Position numbers and translations under genes: made by a program. The notes beneath the pieces were generated by a model. That model saw nothing but the letters and a program-made list of their open reading frames with translations. It did no database searches and was not told the origin of the DNA. From a virus, in the UHGV virus genome UHGV-0091736: a DNA stretch of 64,000 bases. One strand, given 5' to 3'. How positions within the stretch are numbered: the stretch's first letter is position 1; every line of letters starts with the position of its first letter. Shown piece by piece: positions 26,669 to 36,333 of this stretch.

Positions 26669-26983
26669 ACATCCTCCAATTAAACATTTATATAAGACTT
26701 GCTTAGATAAAGATTCAATAAAATAGGGGGAGGGGACGAATCCTCCCTTATCCTATTAGTCAATATTGCATGTAAGATCTAACAATCGGTTGCCTTTGTA
26801 GGAATAAGCGTTATGCTAATCCAGCACTAAACTCCCGCCCCCTTAGTGGGCTGGGTTATTAAAGGGTAACGCCCTTATGGGCTAGTTACATGAATGTTAG
26901 TTTGATAGGAGATCTGAAGTCCTATCTCAAAGGACTCTCGTAAGAATCCTTCACGATAGTCACGCTTTGAGCGTGGTAGCTCC

Positions 26984-27205
26984 TTAGTAAACTAAACCTA
27001 CAGCCTTAGCATCAGGCTGAGGGACCACCTTTGCGCTAGGGCGATAACCATCCACTGAACCATTCCAAAGATTGACACAGGTGATATATCCATCGTTTAT
27101 GATGTCTGTTTTAATCCAGAAGTGTTTATCATGACCAAAAATACTTCCGTTTGGCAGTGTGGACAGCTCAACGGTTTTAAGTGACTGCTTAGAGTCTAGT
27201 TTCAT
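26984..27205 (-). CDS. small paralog-family protein
   Basis: 73 aa; VELSTLPNGSIFGHDKHFWIK...CVNLWNGSV. Confidence 0.5.
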   Translation of the reverse strand: MKLDSKQSLKTVELSTLPNGSIFGHDKHFWIKTDIINDGYITCVNLWNGSVDGYRPSAKVVPQPDAKAVGLVY

Positions 27206-27212
27206 AATAACC

Positions 27213-27518
27213 TCAATCGTCGTAGCATGTATCCCAATACATGTAGTTAACGTACGTTCTCGGTTTGAGTCCGTACATGATAAAGTGAGTCTTCTTAATT
27301 CTTTCCTTCAAGGTATAATAAAGACCATCACTGAAGTTACCAATCTTTACTTGGAAGCGTAAGGAGCGAGCATCCATTCGAAGCATAGAGATTAGCTGTA
27401 CTCTACTGCCCCCAGCCATCTCTTCCAGAAGCTTCTTTGTGTTCCAATAATGAGCTGTCATATTACCACTCCTTACCGGTTGTAATCGTAGAACCACCAC
27501 ACCATAAGGCTGTATCAA
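27213..27518 (-). CDS. hypothetical protein
   Basis: 101 aa ORF. Confidence 0.4.
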   Translation of the reverse strand: MIQPYGVVVLRLQPVRSGNMTAHYWNTKKLLEEMAGGSRVQLISMLRMDARSLRFQVKIGNFSDGLYYTLKERIKKTHFIMYGLKPRTYVNYMYWDTCYDD

Positions 27519-27762
27519 TCACAACATTGTCTGGCGTAGACTTCTCTTCATTGATAGAAGGATTAGCATTAGAACAGGTTGCTCCGTTCCATCGCATATC
27601 AATTTCACCAGAAGGAACCTTCTCACCCTTATGCCAGCGAGATACACAAATACCATCCACTGCTACTGCACACCATCCATCAGGACGGCTCTGTACGCAG
27701 CCTGTAAGGGCCACACAGACAAGGAAGATACAGATTAAGGATATTACACCACCCCAACTCAT
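27463..27762 (-). CDS. small Cys-rich lipoprotein
   Basis: 99 aa; signal peptide MSWGGVISLICIFLVCVALTGC with lipobox LTGC. Confidence 0.5.
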   Translation of the reverse strand: MSWGGVISLICIFLVCVALTGCVQSRPDGWCAVAVDGICVSRWHKGEKVPSGEIDMRWNGATCSNANPSINEEKSTPDNVVIDTALWCGGSTITTGKEW

Positions 27763-27867
27763 AACTACCTCCTATTTGATTTGGCGCACCGTGTAGGACT
27801 CCAACCTACAACCTATTTCTTAGAAGGAAATTGCTCTCTGCAATTGAGCTAACGGCGCTTATTTCAG

Positions 27868-28092
27868 TTAGATCATATCTCGCTTTTTGATACGACCACA
27901 TATTTTACATCGAAGTATATAACGAGTTCCAGTACCTTCCAGACTACCAAAAACTCCATATTTTCTTAAAGGGTTAGATTTGATTATCTCCCATTCGTGG
28001 AGATGGAAGAGATGTTTAAACCACTTGAACACATTAACCTCAAGCACAAGCAGGGAGAGTGATGATTTTATACCGACCTTCAAACTCTCCAA
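27868..28092 (-). CDS. hypothetical protein
   Basis: 74 aa ORF. Confidence 0.4.
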   Translation of the reverse strand: MESLKVGIKSSLSLLVLEVNVFKWFKHLFHLHEWEIIKSNPLRKYGVFGSLEGTGTRYILRCKICGRIKKRDMI

Positions 28093-28339
28093 ACAAACCT
28101 AAGAATGTAGGACTGTAAGTTCCAGTGCAAACAAACTCATCAAACAACTCATTATAGCTAGGCTTAATTTTCCAAGCCCATACATAACCCATCTTGTCAA
28201 TTGCAATGTAACGGGTGTTCAGAGGAACAGTCATCATTACACCATCAACTTCGATCACTTTAGTTATTGGTGCAGCTTGGAAGTTTTTCATCCTACTCTC
28301 CTGACGTTTAGGGTAGCTTGATAAAATTTGACAGGACAA
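28040..28339 (-). CDS. hypothetical protein
   Basis: 99 aa ORF. Confidence 0.4.
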   Translation of the reverse strand: MSCQILSSYPKRQESRMKNFQAAPITKVIEVDGVMMTVPLNTRYIAIDKMGYVWAWKIKPSYNELFDEFVCTGTYSPTFLGLFGEFEGRYKIITLPACA

Positions 28340-28512
28340 CTTCTATCAAATGTAAATCTTGTTTCAGGGTTATTTATACAGATAGCATGTCTGTGCATAA
28401 CCTTCATATATAAAGGAGGTTTTGTATCCCCGTCTATCTCTAGAGAGAATACATCACCATTGCGGAGGCTGCCAAAAGTGTTATCTTTAGGCTCAGAGCG
28501 AACGATAATCAT
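28288..28512 (-). CDS. small paralog-family protein
   Basis: 74 aa; FGSLRNGDVFSLEIDG. Confidence 0.5.
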   Translation of the reverse strand: MIIVRSEPKDNTFGSLRNGDVFSLEIDGDTKPPLYMKVMHRHAICINNPETRFTFDRSCPVKFYQATLNVRRVG

Positions 28513-28685
28513 ACTTTACCTTTAATGAAAATATCATTACCACAGACACAGCATGAACGAACAACAGTAGCGCCACGCTGAACAATACGAACCTCTTCCT
28601 TAATCAGACTAATACGAGCACCGCAGCAAGGGGAGTTGACATAAGAGTAACCAGCTTGCGTATGTTTGATTGTTTGCTTAGACAT
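28509..28685 (-). CDS. small zinc-ribbon protein (below track cutoff)
   Basis: 58 aa MSKQTIKHTQAGYSYVNSPCCGARISL...SCCVCGNDIF; SD GAGGAAG; ATGA overlap with downstream gene. Confidence 0.4.
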   Translation of the reverse strand: MSKQTIKHTQAGYSYVNSPCCGARISLIKEEVRIVQRGATVVRSCCVCGNDIFIKGKV

Positions 28686-28786
28686 TTTAGCTTCCTCTTG
28701 TTAGTTTAGGTAAACCACCCCCCAATCACTGCTACACTCATTCATGTGGAATGCAGATGGGAAAAGCAATTAAAGGTGATTTACCT

Positions 28787-28822
28787 AAAACAACAAAGGC
28801 CACCCGATTGGGCAGCCTTTTA
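28787..28822 (-). terminator. rho-independent terminator
   Basis: minus-strand GGCTGCCCaatcGGGTGGCC followed by TTTGTTGTTTT; near-copy of the 3223-3250 hairpin. Confidence 0.5.
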
Positions 28823-28823
28823 T

Positions 28824-29075
28824 TTATCGATTTACTTCACGAAGTAAGATAACCTGTAAGTATGTATCATCTGCATTTGACAGAAATGCAAAGTACAACT
28901 CTTTTGCTGTATCTATTGAGCAATTAAGACATTTGGATATCTGAAGAAGCTGGATACTTCGTTCAGTGTTATCCAGAATAGCAATGCGAATAATTTCTCG
29001 CATACCGATTACATGGGTATTTTTAACCTTCATAGGTCCAATTGCCTTGCTTGTTACGGATGGCTGACATTGCAT
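28824..29075 (-). CDS. hypothetical protein (start uncertain)
   Basis: 83 aa track ORF; alternative internal start MKVKN at 29033 and an overlapping 46-aa ORF 29023-29163. Confidence 0.4.
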   Translation of the reverse strand: MQCQPSVTSKAIGPMKVKNTHVIGMREIIRIAILDNTERSIQLLQISKCLNCSIDTAKELYFAFLSNADDTYLQVILLREVNR

Positions 29076-29521
29076 GAATCCAGAAGCCTTCCAGTTTCAG
29101 AGCACCGTTAGCTACTGCATCCATACGTTCAGGGCGGTTCATACGTTTGGTTGATACTTTCATACCTATCTCTCTTTGTTAGTGGAGGCATTATTGCCAG
29201 TTGATATAAGGGATAGCCCTAGTCAGGAGACTAATTCTGACCGCGTACTCATTGCCGACCTTCTCTGCCTAAGAGTTCAGGTTCTAGAGCTATCTCTTAT
29301 TCCAACTGGTGAAGACTTCCTACCCCTAGGAAGCCTCCTGAATCCCAAACCAATACGTACCCCTACATATCGGAAAGTCTTTCGAAAATTAACAGGTTTT
29401 AGTCTAACACCGGATGTTCGAGCAAGCTCTCCCTAGCGGTGTGGCATATGCCTGAATTAATAAGTTAATGAGGAACACCCTCACATAGCCCTCTGATAAA
29501 CACAAGGGCTATAAGTCGATG

Positions 29522-29740
29522 TTACTTTTGAGTCAAATACAAATCAGGACGAGGCATAACAGTGGTTGATGGATTGAAGTTACCAACATAACCGGTGCTT
29601 AGATTAGCAGCCCTACGTAGTCCATTAGAGAGGTCATCATCCAGCATCAGCCAGAATTTTTGATCATAAGAGAAAACATCACCACTCTTAACATCTTCCA
29701 CAGTTGCATATTTAGGAGTATCAACTACTTTAATTTCCAT
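29522..29740 (-). CDS. small paralog-family protein
   Basis: 72 aa; VEDVKSGDVFSYDQKFWLML...ANLSTGYV. Confidence 0.5.
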   Translation of the reverse strand: MEIKVVDTPKYATVEDVKSGDVFSYDQKFWLMLDDDLSNGLRRAANLSTGYVGNFNPSTTVMPRPDLYLTQK

Positions 29741-29998
29741 TTACTTACCTTTATTAGTAATAACAACGTCATGAAGAAGAACAACCTTGCTCTTCGAGCT
29801 GAGCTTAATGACTTGTTTGTTTGTTAGACTGAGAACGACACAACCACCATCAGAAGGTTTGGTCTCCTCGATCTGCGATTTAAACAGTTGAACAACCATG
29901 TAGAAATCTGCTCGTGTTTCCCTGATTTGGAATACATCTCCAAGTTCAAGATCACCAACACACAAAGATGGTTCGTTTACCTTCAAATCAATCTTCAT
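29741..29998 (-). CDS. small paralog-family protein
   Basis: 85 aa; VGDLELGDVFQIRETRADFYMVV. Confidence 0.5.
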   Translation of the reverse strand: MKIDLKVNEPSLCVGDLELGDVFQIRETRADFYMVVQLFKSQIEETKPSDGGCVVLSLTNKQVIKLSSKSKVVLLHDVVITNKGK

Positions 29999-30224
29999 CT
30001 TTAACCTCTATGTTAGTTATGTGGAGATCACTGCGTACTTGGCAAACTTCATCACGATCAAAAGGGATAACCTTTCCAGTGACCACATTAACACAATTTA
30101 CACCATTTTCTGCGTATCGTGTGTCGGTTCTAATGTAAAGAGTGTCTTTACGCTCAAACAGAACCCCCGGCTTCATGTTATTTAATCGAATCATCGTACG
30201 ATCAGATTTAATATTAACTTTCAC
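29988..30224 (-). CDS. small paralog-family protein
   Basis: 78 aa; NNMKPGVLFERKDTLYIR...CVNVVTGKV. Confidence 0.5.
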   Translation of the reverse strand: MKVNIKSDRTMIRLNNMKPGVLFERKDTLYIRTDTRYAENGVNCVNVVTGKVIPFDRDEVCQVRSDLHITNIEVKDED

Positions 30225-30226
30225 TG

Positions 30227-30487
30227 TTAATCCACCTTATCAGTAAGTCGAGCATTGTTAATCTTCTTAACAATCACACTATGTCGATCTGCTGAGATCA
30301 CACCGTTTGAGAGGTTCATGTAGTTTCTACAACCATCTGATTTGTTAAATCTACAGGAAGCCATGTAAAAATCATCAGAGTTCACAAGGAATTGGAACAC
30401 ATCACCTGAATCGAGATCCCCAAGAGTTAGCTTCTTTGGTGGATGGTTCATGTCAATTATCACTGTTAATCTCCTGCTGCTTAGCAA
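30227..30487 (-). CDS. small paralog-family protein
   Basis: 86 aa; LGDLDSGDVFQFLVNSDDFYMA...MNLSNGVI. Confidence 0.5.
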   Translation of the reverse strand: MLSSRRLTVIIDMNHPPKKLTLGDLDSGDVFQFLVNSDDFYMASCRFNKSDGCRNYMNLSNGVISADRHSVIVKKINNARLTDKVD

Positions 30488-30749
30488 TAGCTACTCGCAA
30501 GTCTTCATTAGCACGAGCAAGGCGCAACACTTCATGATTGAGATTCTGAAGACGCTTGTTTCTGTCCTCTACTTGCATAATAAGATCGTTGAGTGTTACT
30601 TTAACTTTCTCATTATACATCTCATCCACTCGGACTAGGGATTTATACATTCTCTCCCAGCTTGCTGCTTTGTTTCTGAGAACAATAAATCCTATAACGC
30701 TGATAGTTAAACAGCTTACAAAAAGGAATTTATATACTTCTAAAGTCAT
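30453..30749 (-). CDS. membrane-anchored coiled-coil protein (i-spanin-like architecture)
   Basis: 98 aa; N-terminal TM FLFVSCLTISVIGFIVL then heptad-rich helical region. Confidence 0.45.
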   Translation of the reverse strand: MTLEVYKFLFVSCLTISVIGFIVLRNKAASWERMYKSLVRVDEMYNEKVKVTLNDLIMQVEDRNKRLQNLNHEVLRLARANEDLRVAIAKQQEINSDN

Positions 30750-30949
30750 ATCATTTTACCCTTTATCAGAGATTAAAAGTAATATTATTTAAGTAAGTTA
30801 TATTTAGTAAACTTATTTTCTAAGAAATTTTCAAAGGGTCTATATACAGAGCATTACCCATAGTCCCAGAATACTACCATCTTTTTCAATAAATTTACTA
30901 AGTGGTTGGTTTATAAAGGAATTTAGTTTGTCAAATCTGGCACTAGTGA

Positions 30950-31339
30950 TTATTCCCTAGAGCTATTATCGAACACTAAATCACCACAATACATAGGATT
31001 GGCATACCATTTTGGCACCCCTTCGCTCTTACTCTGAAAGTAAGTCCCACTGTACAGCGGAACATAATTCTTCTTAAGGGCACGTTTAGCTAGCCTCTCG
31101 CTTTCTCCAATGGCTTGCTTAGTCATCGGATTTTTATCACGAATCAGCTTTACATAACGTTTATAAGGTTTCTCCTGTTTTAATAGTACCGGAATCCACT
31201 CAAACTGGTTCTTTTGTCTTATCACCTGTTCAGCGGTCAGTTTTCGTTGAGCCATTCTATTTATCACGGTATCCGCAACTAAAGCCTTACATGCGGTTGG
31301 CTGATTCCCTGCCTCATAATAAATAGTCAATGTCAACAT
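30950..31339 (-). CDS. SleB-like cell wall hydrolase
   Basis: 129 aa; YYEAGNQPTACKALVADTVINR resembles the cell-wall hydrolase (Hydrolase_2) motif. Confidence 0.55.
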   Translation of the reverse strand: MLTLTIYYEAGNQPTACKALVADTVINRMAQRKLTAEQVIRQKNQFEWIPVLLKQEKPYKRYVKLIRDKNPMTKQAIGESERLAKRALKKNYVPLYSGTYFQSKSEGVPKWYANPMYCGDLVFDNSSRE

Positions 31340-31388
31340 TAGCTGTGCCGTTGTTATCAGAACTTGATACCTCCTGTTTTACGGGCAT

Positions 31389-31413
31389 AAAAAAGCCCCA
31401 GCCGTAGCCGGGG
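31389..31413 (-). terminator. rho-independent terminator
   Basis: minus-strand CCCCGGCtacGGCTGGGG followed by CTTTTTTAT. Confidence 0.6.
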
Positions 31414-31475
31414 TAAACCTGAAAGCAACACATGACCGTTGCTATAAATACACTCGTAAATGCACTTATAGCAAC

Positions 31476-31498
31476 GCAAAAAGCCGCTCAAAGGCGGC
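31476..31498 (-). terminator. rho-independent terminator
   Basis: minus-strand GCCGCctttgaGCGGC followed by TTTTTG. Confidence 0.5.
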
Positions 31499-31579
31499 TA
31501 TGCGGAAGCTTCAAATGGGAAGAGGGCACGACGCGACAGAAAGAGCGTCATAGTACTAAAAGAGGGGGATATATTCCTA

Positions 31580-32023
31580 CTACTTAACTCTTGCCTCTTT
31601 GATAGGGTCAATGTATTTCCCAACACCCCACTTGTGTTTACTATCTGCGTAGAAAACATCAGGTGCACACTGGCTTGTCTTAGGGAAAGCCTGCGGGTCT
31701 TTCGTGCTACCCTTAAACTTCTGTTTACCACGGGTGCGACCATTACAGAAGATTTCTAACTTCTTCTCTTCTTCTGTTTTAGCGCCCCCGCTCTGTAACA
31801 AAGAACGTTTATGATCAGCTAACAACAACGCATCAGCACGATGGACACGATGGCCTACACGTTTTGCCACACTAGAAGGGATATGAGATTCAGCTTCAGC
31901 CTTTGCAGCACGACGTTTTAAACTGCGCTTGCTGACGTGATTGGTTGCCTTTGGCTTCTCTTTCTCCAGTTCAGAGATAGAAAAACAACGCCCGCCCTTC
32001 ATGCTGATTTTAGATTTAGCCAC
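31580..32023 (-). CDS. basic hypothetical protein
   Basis: 147 aa Lys/Arg-rich ORF; two terminators downstream. Confidence 0.5.
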   Translation of the reverse strand: MAKSKISMKGGRCFSISELEKEKPKATNHVSKRSLKRRAAKAEAESHIPSSVAKRVGHRVHRADALLLADHKRSLLQSGGAKTEEEKKLEIFCNGRTRGKQKFKGSTKDPQAFPKTSQCAPDVFYADSKHKWGVGKYIDPIKEARVK

Positions 32024-32092
32024 AATCTTATTCCTTTCAGTGATAAGTTATATCGGGCAAGCCCATCAAGGCGATAGGCTTGAACAAATAAC

Positions 32093-32302
32093 TTAATCGA
32101 GTAAACTAAATGACTTCCAACTGCGTAGCAGGATTGTACCGTCATCCATAGTCACACACAGCTTTAGTAGTTTCTTATTAGCACTGCTTACTGTTGTAAT
32201 TCGTCCGATTGTGCATTTACCCTTATTACTATAAAGATACACTACACGACGACCTAACAAACGAGAGGGAGCTTTCTTAAACTCTGAAAGATTAGTGATC
32301 AT
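32093..32302 (-). CDS. hypothetical protein
   Basis: 69 aa ORF. Confidence 0.4.
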   Translation of the reverse strand: MITNLSEFKKAPSRLLGRRVVYLYSNKGKCTIGRITTVSSANKKLLKLCVTMDDGTILLRSWKSFSLLD

Positions 32303-32520
32303 TATCCGTAAAACTCCAAATGGTTAGCACGTTTATCTTTAAAGTAGGAGCATTCGATACCCCTTGCTTTTATCTCTTCTTTGCGCTGGTTAGTATGTAC
32401 AGTATCCCAATGCTCACTATTACGTCGGCGCTGTAGTATCTTACTACATTTGCGATGGTTTCCGGTGCTGCGATGTTTCTCACAAATAGGACACTTACCA
32501 AAATTACTACTGAATATCAT
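32302..32520 (-). CDS. small zinc-finger protein
   Basis: 72 aa; GKCPICEKH...NHRKC. Confidence 0.4.
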   Translation of the reverse strand: MIFSSNFGKCPICEKHRSTGNHRKCSKILQRRRNSEHWDTVHTNQRKEEIKARGIECSYFKDKRANHLEFYG

Positions 32521-32744
32521 TTTCTCAATCCTAGCTTACGTAATACACGGCCCAAAATTGTTTCTTGCGTGATGATATAACTAATCGCTTCACGTTCTAA
32601 CGTCTCAATTTTCATTGGCGACGGATACCATTCACCGGTAAGAATACACTTACATTCAACGCCATACTTTTTAGACAGGCGGTAATGTTGACCGTTACGA
32701 AGGTTTCTGTAGATCGTGGTATGTGTAGTTAACATAATCATCAC
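32517..32744 (-). CDS. hypothetical protein
   Basis: 75 aa ORF. Confidence 0.4.
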   Translation of the reverse strand: MMIMLTTHTTIYRNLRNGQHYRLSKKYGVECKCILTGEWYPSPMKIETLEREAISYIITQETILGRVLRKLGLRK

Positions 32745-32846
32745 CTTTGATTAGATTCTTTGATGAGCACACTGAATCAATGCACTGATAAAAGAAAAGG
32801 CGCTACCCGTTAAGATAGCGCCTTATATTTATTCAAATTGTCTTAC

Positions 32847-33755
32847 TTATGCCGCTTGACGTGCTGCCATAATCTCAGCTGCCTTGCGTAATACTTCTTC
32901 TTCTTCTGCTTTCGCCGCTTGTTCAGTACGGGTAGCAACCGTTGAAGAGATACGACCGCGCAGGTTATCTAACTTCTCCTGCATAGCTGAAACAGCTTTT
33001 TCCATTTCATCAGCATAGGAGTCTAGAGATTCCAGTTCCTTGCTTGATGCGTTCATCAGATAATCATCGGAGATCGCTACCGTTGAAGCCGTAACTTTCT
33101 TGATGAGTGAGTCGAAAGACTTTTTAACCTTCCCAACTTCTTCACTCAAGGCAATAGTGTTATCGCTAGTTGCGCCGTTGCGCTCATCTGCCAGCAATTT
33201 AGATTCAATACGGATGGCATTCAAGCGTTCAACCAAAGCGTAAATATCTTGGTTAAAATCTTCCTTGTTTTTCGCCGGAATTTGCAGGTGTGCCGCCACG
33301 TTGTCATTGCAACCTTTGTAGAAGTTAGGATTATCCACTTCAATTGCACGACCTAAAGCAAAGTTTTCGAAAGCATTTGACCAGCGAGCGCGGTTTTGTT
33401 CCATTTTGGTTTTAATTTGCGCTTCTTTCGCATCTTCTTTCGCTTTCGCTTCACCTTCCAGATTAATCCACTTCTTACGACCGTTCGCCGCATCAGTGTT
33501 AAACTTGATAGGAGTTAAGAAAGTGATCGCGGTAGAAATAACATCCATATCGCGGAAACGTTCAGTTAACAGAAAATCAACAGCCGCTTGTAATACGTCC
33601 AGCTTCTTACCGTTGCTGCGGAAGTGCTGTAAGTGCCCTAACAGGAAGTTAGAAACATCTTGCTTAATCGCTGCGTTATTGCTGCGGATGTTGTTAGCCA
33701 GAGCGTTAAAACCAGATTCGTTAACCAGATTAAAGATTTTAGCCATGATATTCAC
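32847..33755 (-). CDS. hypothetical protein (first gene downstream of long non-coding region)
   Basis: 302 aa helical ORF; SD AAAGGTGA. Confidence 0.55.
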   Translation of the reverse strand: MNIMAKIFNLVNESGFNALANNIRSNNAAIKQDVSNFLLGHLQHFRSNGKKLDVLQAAVDFLLTERFRDMDVISTAITFLTPIKFNTDAANGRKKWINLEGEAKAKEDAKEAQIKTKMEQNRARWSNAFENFALGRAIEVDNPNFYKGCNDNVAAHLQIPAKNKEDFNQDIYALVERLNAIRIESKLLADERNGATSDNTIALSEEVGKVKKSFDSLIKKVTASTVAISDDYLMNASSKELESLDSYADEMEKAVSAMQEKLDNLRGRISSTVATRTEQAAKAEEEEVLRKAAEIMAARQAA

Positions 33756-34570
33756 CTTTCAATTGTAAGGGCGCTATTGCCCCGCTCTCTATGAGCTTGT
33801 TTAAGTCACTATTAACTTAACTCTAACCACTCACTTTTTAAGTAGTTACAGGTAAGCGGGGCGGTCTTATCAGGAGTTAACCTTGCCGCCCCCTTATCCG
33901 TGATGTTTCATCTGGTATCTTTAATTAGTCGCTATAAATAAAGCCGACCTGATAGCGATGATCAATCATCACAATAAGGCAGTGCGTCCGACTCTAATTA
34001 GTTACGTTTATTGTAACCGTCGGCAATATCGTCTACTTTGCTTTCGCTCTCGCCTATCCTTTTGTATTAACTCTCAATCGCTAGTCATCGCCCACTACGG
34101 GATACTATTGCGAAAGAGTCATTAACCGTCTAATATTCCGACGTTTTATATCTTTCAGCGAGTTTACTACATAAACCGACTATGTACTTTCATCATAAGA
34201 CGAATCTCAAGCCGTTCACATCGTAAACGTTCACACTAAACCTTATTGTTAAATAGCAATTTGCCACTTTTTAACCGCTCCCCGCCGCCCTCAATTGGGC
34301 GTTAATTTGTCGGACTTGTCTACCCTGATTAACTTCTTTCACTGTAGCGCCTTGTTAGCGATGACCGCCGCTACCCTTAACCGTGGGCGATTAGCTTAAG
34401 CCTTTGCGTGCACTCAGTGAATCCGTTTATCAGTGGTGACGTTTCCAGTAAGGGATTGCAAGACTGTTTCCTCTGATAGTTTAGAGAGCCTTACATCGTT
34501 TTATCTGGTACGCTTTCCGATGGTTATTATCATCAAGCATATTCAACCGATATAGAAGAACGTTTAAATT

Positions 34571-35056
34571 GTTAAAGAGCGGTAAATCTATCAGCGTGTT
34601 TACTCACGCTATGCAACTGTTAGCCGTTGTCTCGCTTTTCACTTAAGCGGTGATTTGCTTAGTGAGTGCTCATTATGAATCATGTTGTTTTAGCTGTCAA
34701 CCACTTTTTTAATCTTTTTCGTCGTTCCCATTATCGGGAGGATATACCAATCAGCTTTATTTGATTGGAGATTAAGCGGTGATGCTTAACTTATGATTCA
34801 TATTGTTAAAGAGCGGTTACTACATTCACAGCTTAACACATCGTGTTAGCTTGTCAACTCTTTCTATCGTCTTCTTTTTCTCTCTCTCCCTCTGTCTCGC
34901 GTGAATCTATGCGAAAGGGCAAGACGATCAGTTTTTAAAGAGCGGGGATTTTTTAAGTCATCGCTGACTGAGTGCTCATTATGAATCAGGCTTTTTCCGG
35001 TGTCAATACTCTTTTTAAGAATATTTTCACTTTTTAGCCTGATTTTTAAGGAGCGG
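34571..35056. repeat. dispersed direct repeats inside the 1.8-kb non-coding region
   Basis: TTAAAGAGCGG at 34571, 34805, 34935, 35046 (variant TTAAGGAGCGG); GAGTGCTCATTATGAATCA at 34664 and 34970; TTAAGCGGTGAT at about 34643 and 34773. Confidence 0.6.
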
Positions 35057-35495
35057 TTGAAGTCTCTCTCTTCACGGGGTATTGCGTAGTTCCCAACGTT
35101 CTCTGCCACCGCGCTATAGGTAGTGGCTTAGTATCCGACAATCAGACCTTCTTCACTCGGTGAAGCCCGGCCCCTCAATTTACTGTTAGTGAGGCGGTTA
35201 CAGTGTACCTGCTACCGATTCCGTGGTGGCGTCTTACTGCTTGTTGCTTACTGCTTACTACGGGATTCATATTACTATACAGGAAAACCCTGTCAATACC
35301 CTTTTTTCAAATTATTTTTCATCTCACTGTTTTCTAAAGGAATTTATTTTATTGTCAGTAGGACACCGGAAGGAATCAGGAGGTAAAAGAGCGGGAGCGC
35401 GTGATACATCACAGGAAACGGCTTGTAAAGCAGTAATAAGCGTCCTAAAACGCATCACAACGAGCTAAAAGGGAGTAAGGCATACAATCACCTTA

Positions 35496-35526
35496 GAAAA
35501 TAGAAAAGCCTCTTAATGAGGCTTAC
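35496..35526 (-). terminator. rho-independent terminator
   Basis: minus-strand AAGCCTCattaaGAGGCTT followed by TTCTATTTTCT. Confidence 0.55.
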
Positions 35527-35600
35527 AGGAAGGATTTAAAGCATCAGATAGATTATGACCATAGGCATGACCACGGCACAATACAGGAGAAAGATTAAGC

Positions 35601-36053
35601 CTATGGATTTACACATTGACCGTTACCGGATTCTACTTCGTTCATGGACTCATCAAAGAGTGTCAACGATGAGCGCATCAGGTGATCGACCGTGATTTGT
35701 TTACCAGTGGTTTCATTTACTAATAGAATAGTTTTACTATCTGATTGCACATGTTCGAAATCATTTACATGTAAAATAATAACTTTAGGTGACTTTTTAC
35801 CAGTGTCATAATTCTCAATCAAATAGGTGCACTGTAAACCGTCAACCGTAGCAGGGGAAAACGTTGCAGCCCTTACGCTACCCAAAGATGATAGCAGGAC
35901 ACCTAACAGGAGAACAACCAGAAAGAAGCCTACAACCATTTTAACTAAGAATTTAATAAACCACATAGCAATCAACCTTTTAGTTAAAGAACGTAAGAGT
36001 AAAGCATATCGGCGACGAATAGCGCCACTGTAGCAACGAATAAACACCGCCAA
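35601..36053 (-). CDS. early membrane-anchored protein
   Basis: 150 aa; hydrophobic segment FLVKMVVGFFLVVLLLGVLLSSL; start may be internal Met. Confidence 0.5.
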   Translation of the reverse strand: MAVFIRCYSGAIRRRYALLLRSLTKRLIAMWFIKFLVKMVVGFFLVVLLLGVLLSSLGSVRAATFSPATVDGLQCTYLIENYDTGKKSPKVIILHVNDFEHVQSDSKTILLVNETTGKQITVDHLMRSSLTLFDESMNEVESGNGQCVNP

Positions 36054-36059
36054 AAATAA

Positions 36060-36323
36060 TCATTCTTCATCATTGCCTTTACCTTCAAAGAGTGATACTC
36101 TAAGCAATTTAATTTCTTCCAGTGACAGAAGAATCCCACGTTGCGCCAGATAATGACCAGCTTTAACATCATCCATAATTAGAGCGACGGCAGGAAATTC
36201 TACCGCATTAATATTATCGCCACCAACAAACAAGATCAGACACTTGTCAGAATTGTCAGTATATGAGAAATCAATATCCCCATAGTTATGAGTAGGGATA
36301 GTGTAACTATGTTCTTTAGCCAT
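36060..36323 (-). CDS. hypothetical early protein
   Basis: 87 aa ORF. Confidence 0.5.
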   Translation of the reverse strand: MAKEHSYTIPTHNYGDIDFSYTDNSDKCLILFVGGDNINAVEFPAVALIMDDVKAGHYLAQRGILLSLEEIKLLRVSLFEGKGNDEE

Positions 36324-36333
36324 GTATTAATCC

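Noticed and set aside
29176-29436. 86-aa plus-strand ORF in an intergenic gap of the minus-strand arm
   Set aside because: Opposite to local transcription direction, no SD, overlaps hairpin elements
33756-35600. Possible CRISPR array or tRNA genes in the long non-coding region
   Set aside because: Repeats are short, imperfect and irregularly spaced with no identical repeat-spacer periodicity; no tRNA-like cloverleaf or conserved T-loop seen by eye
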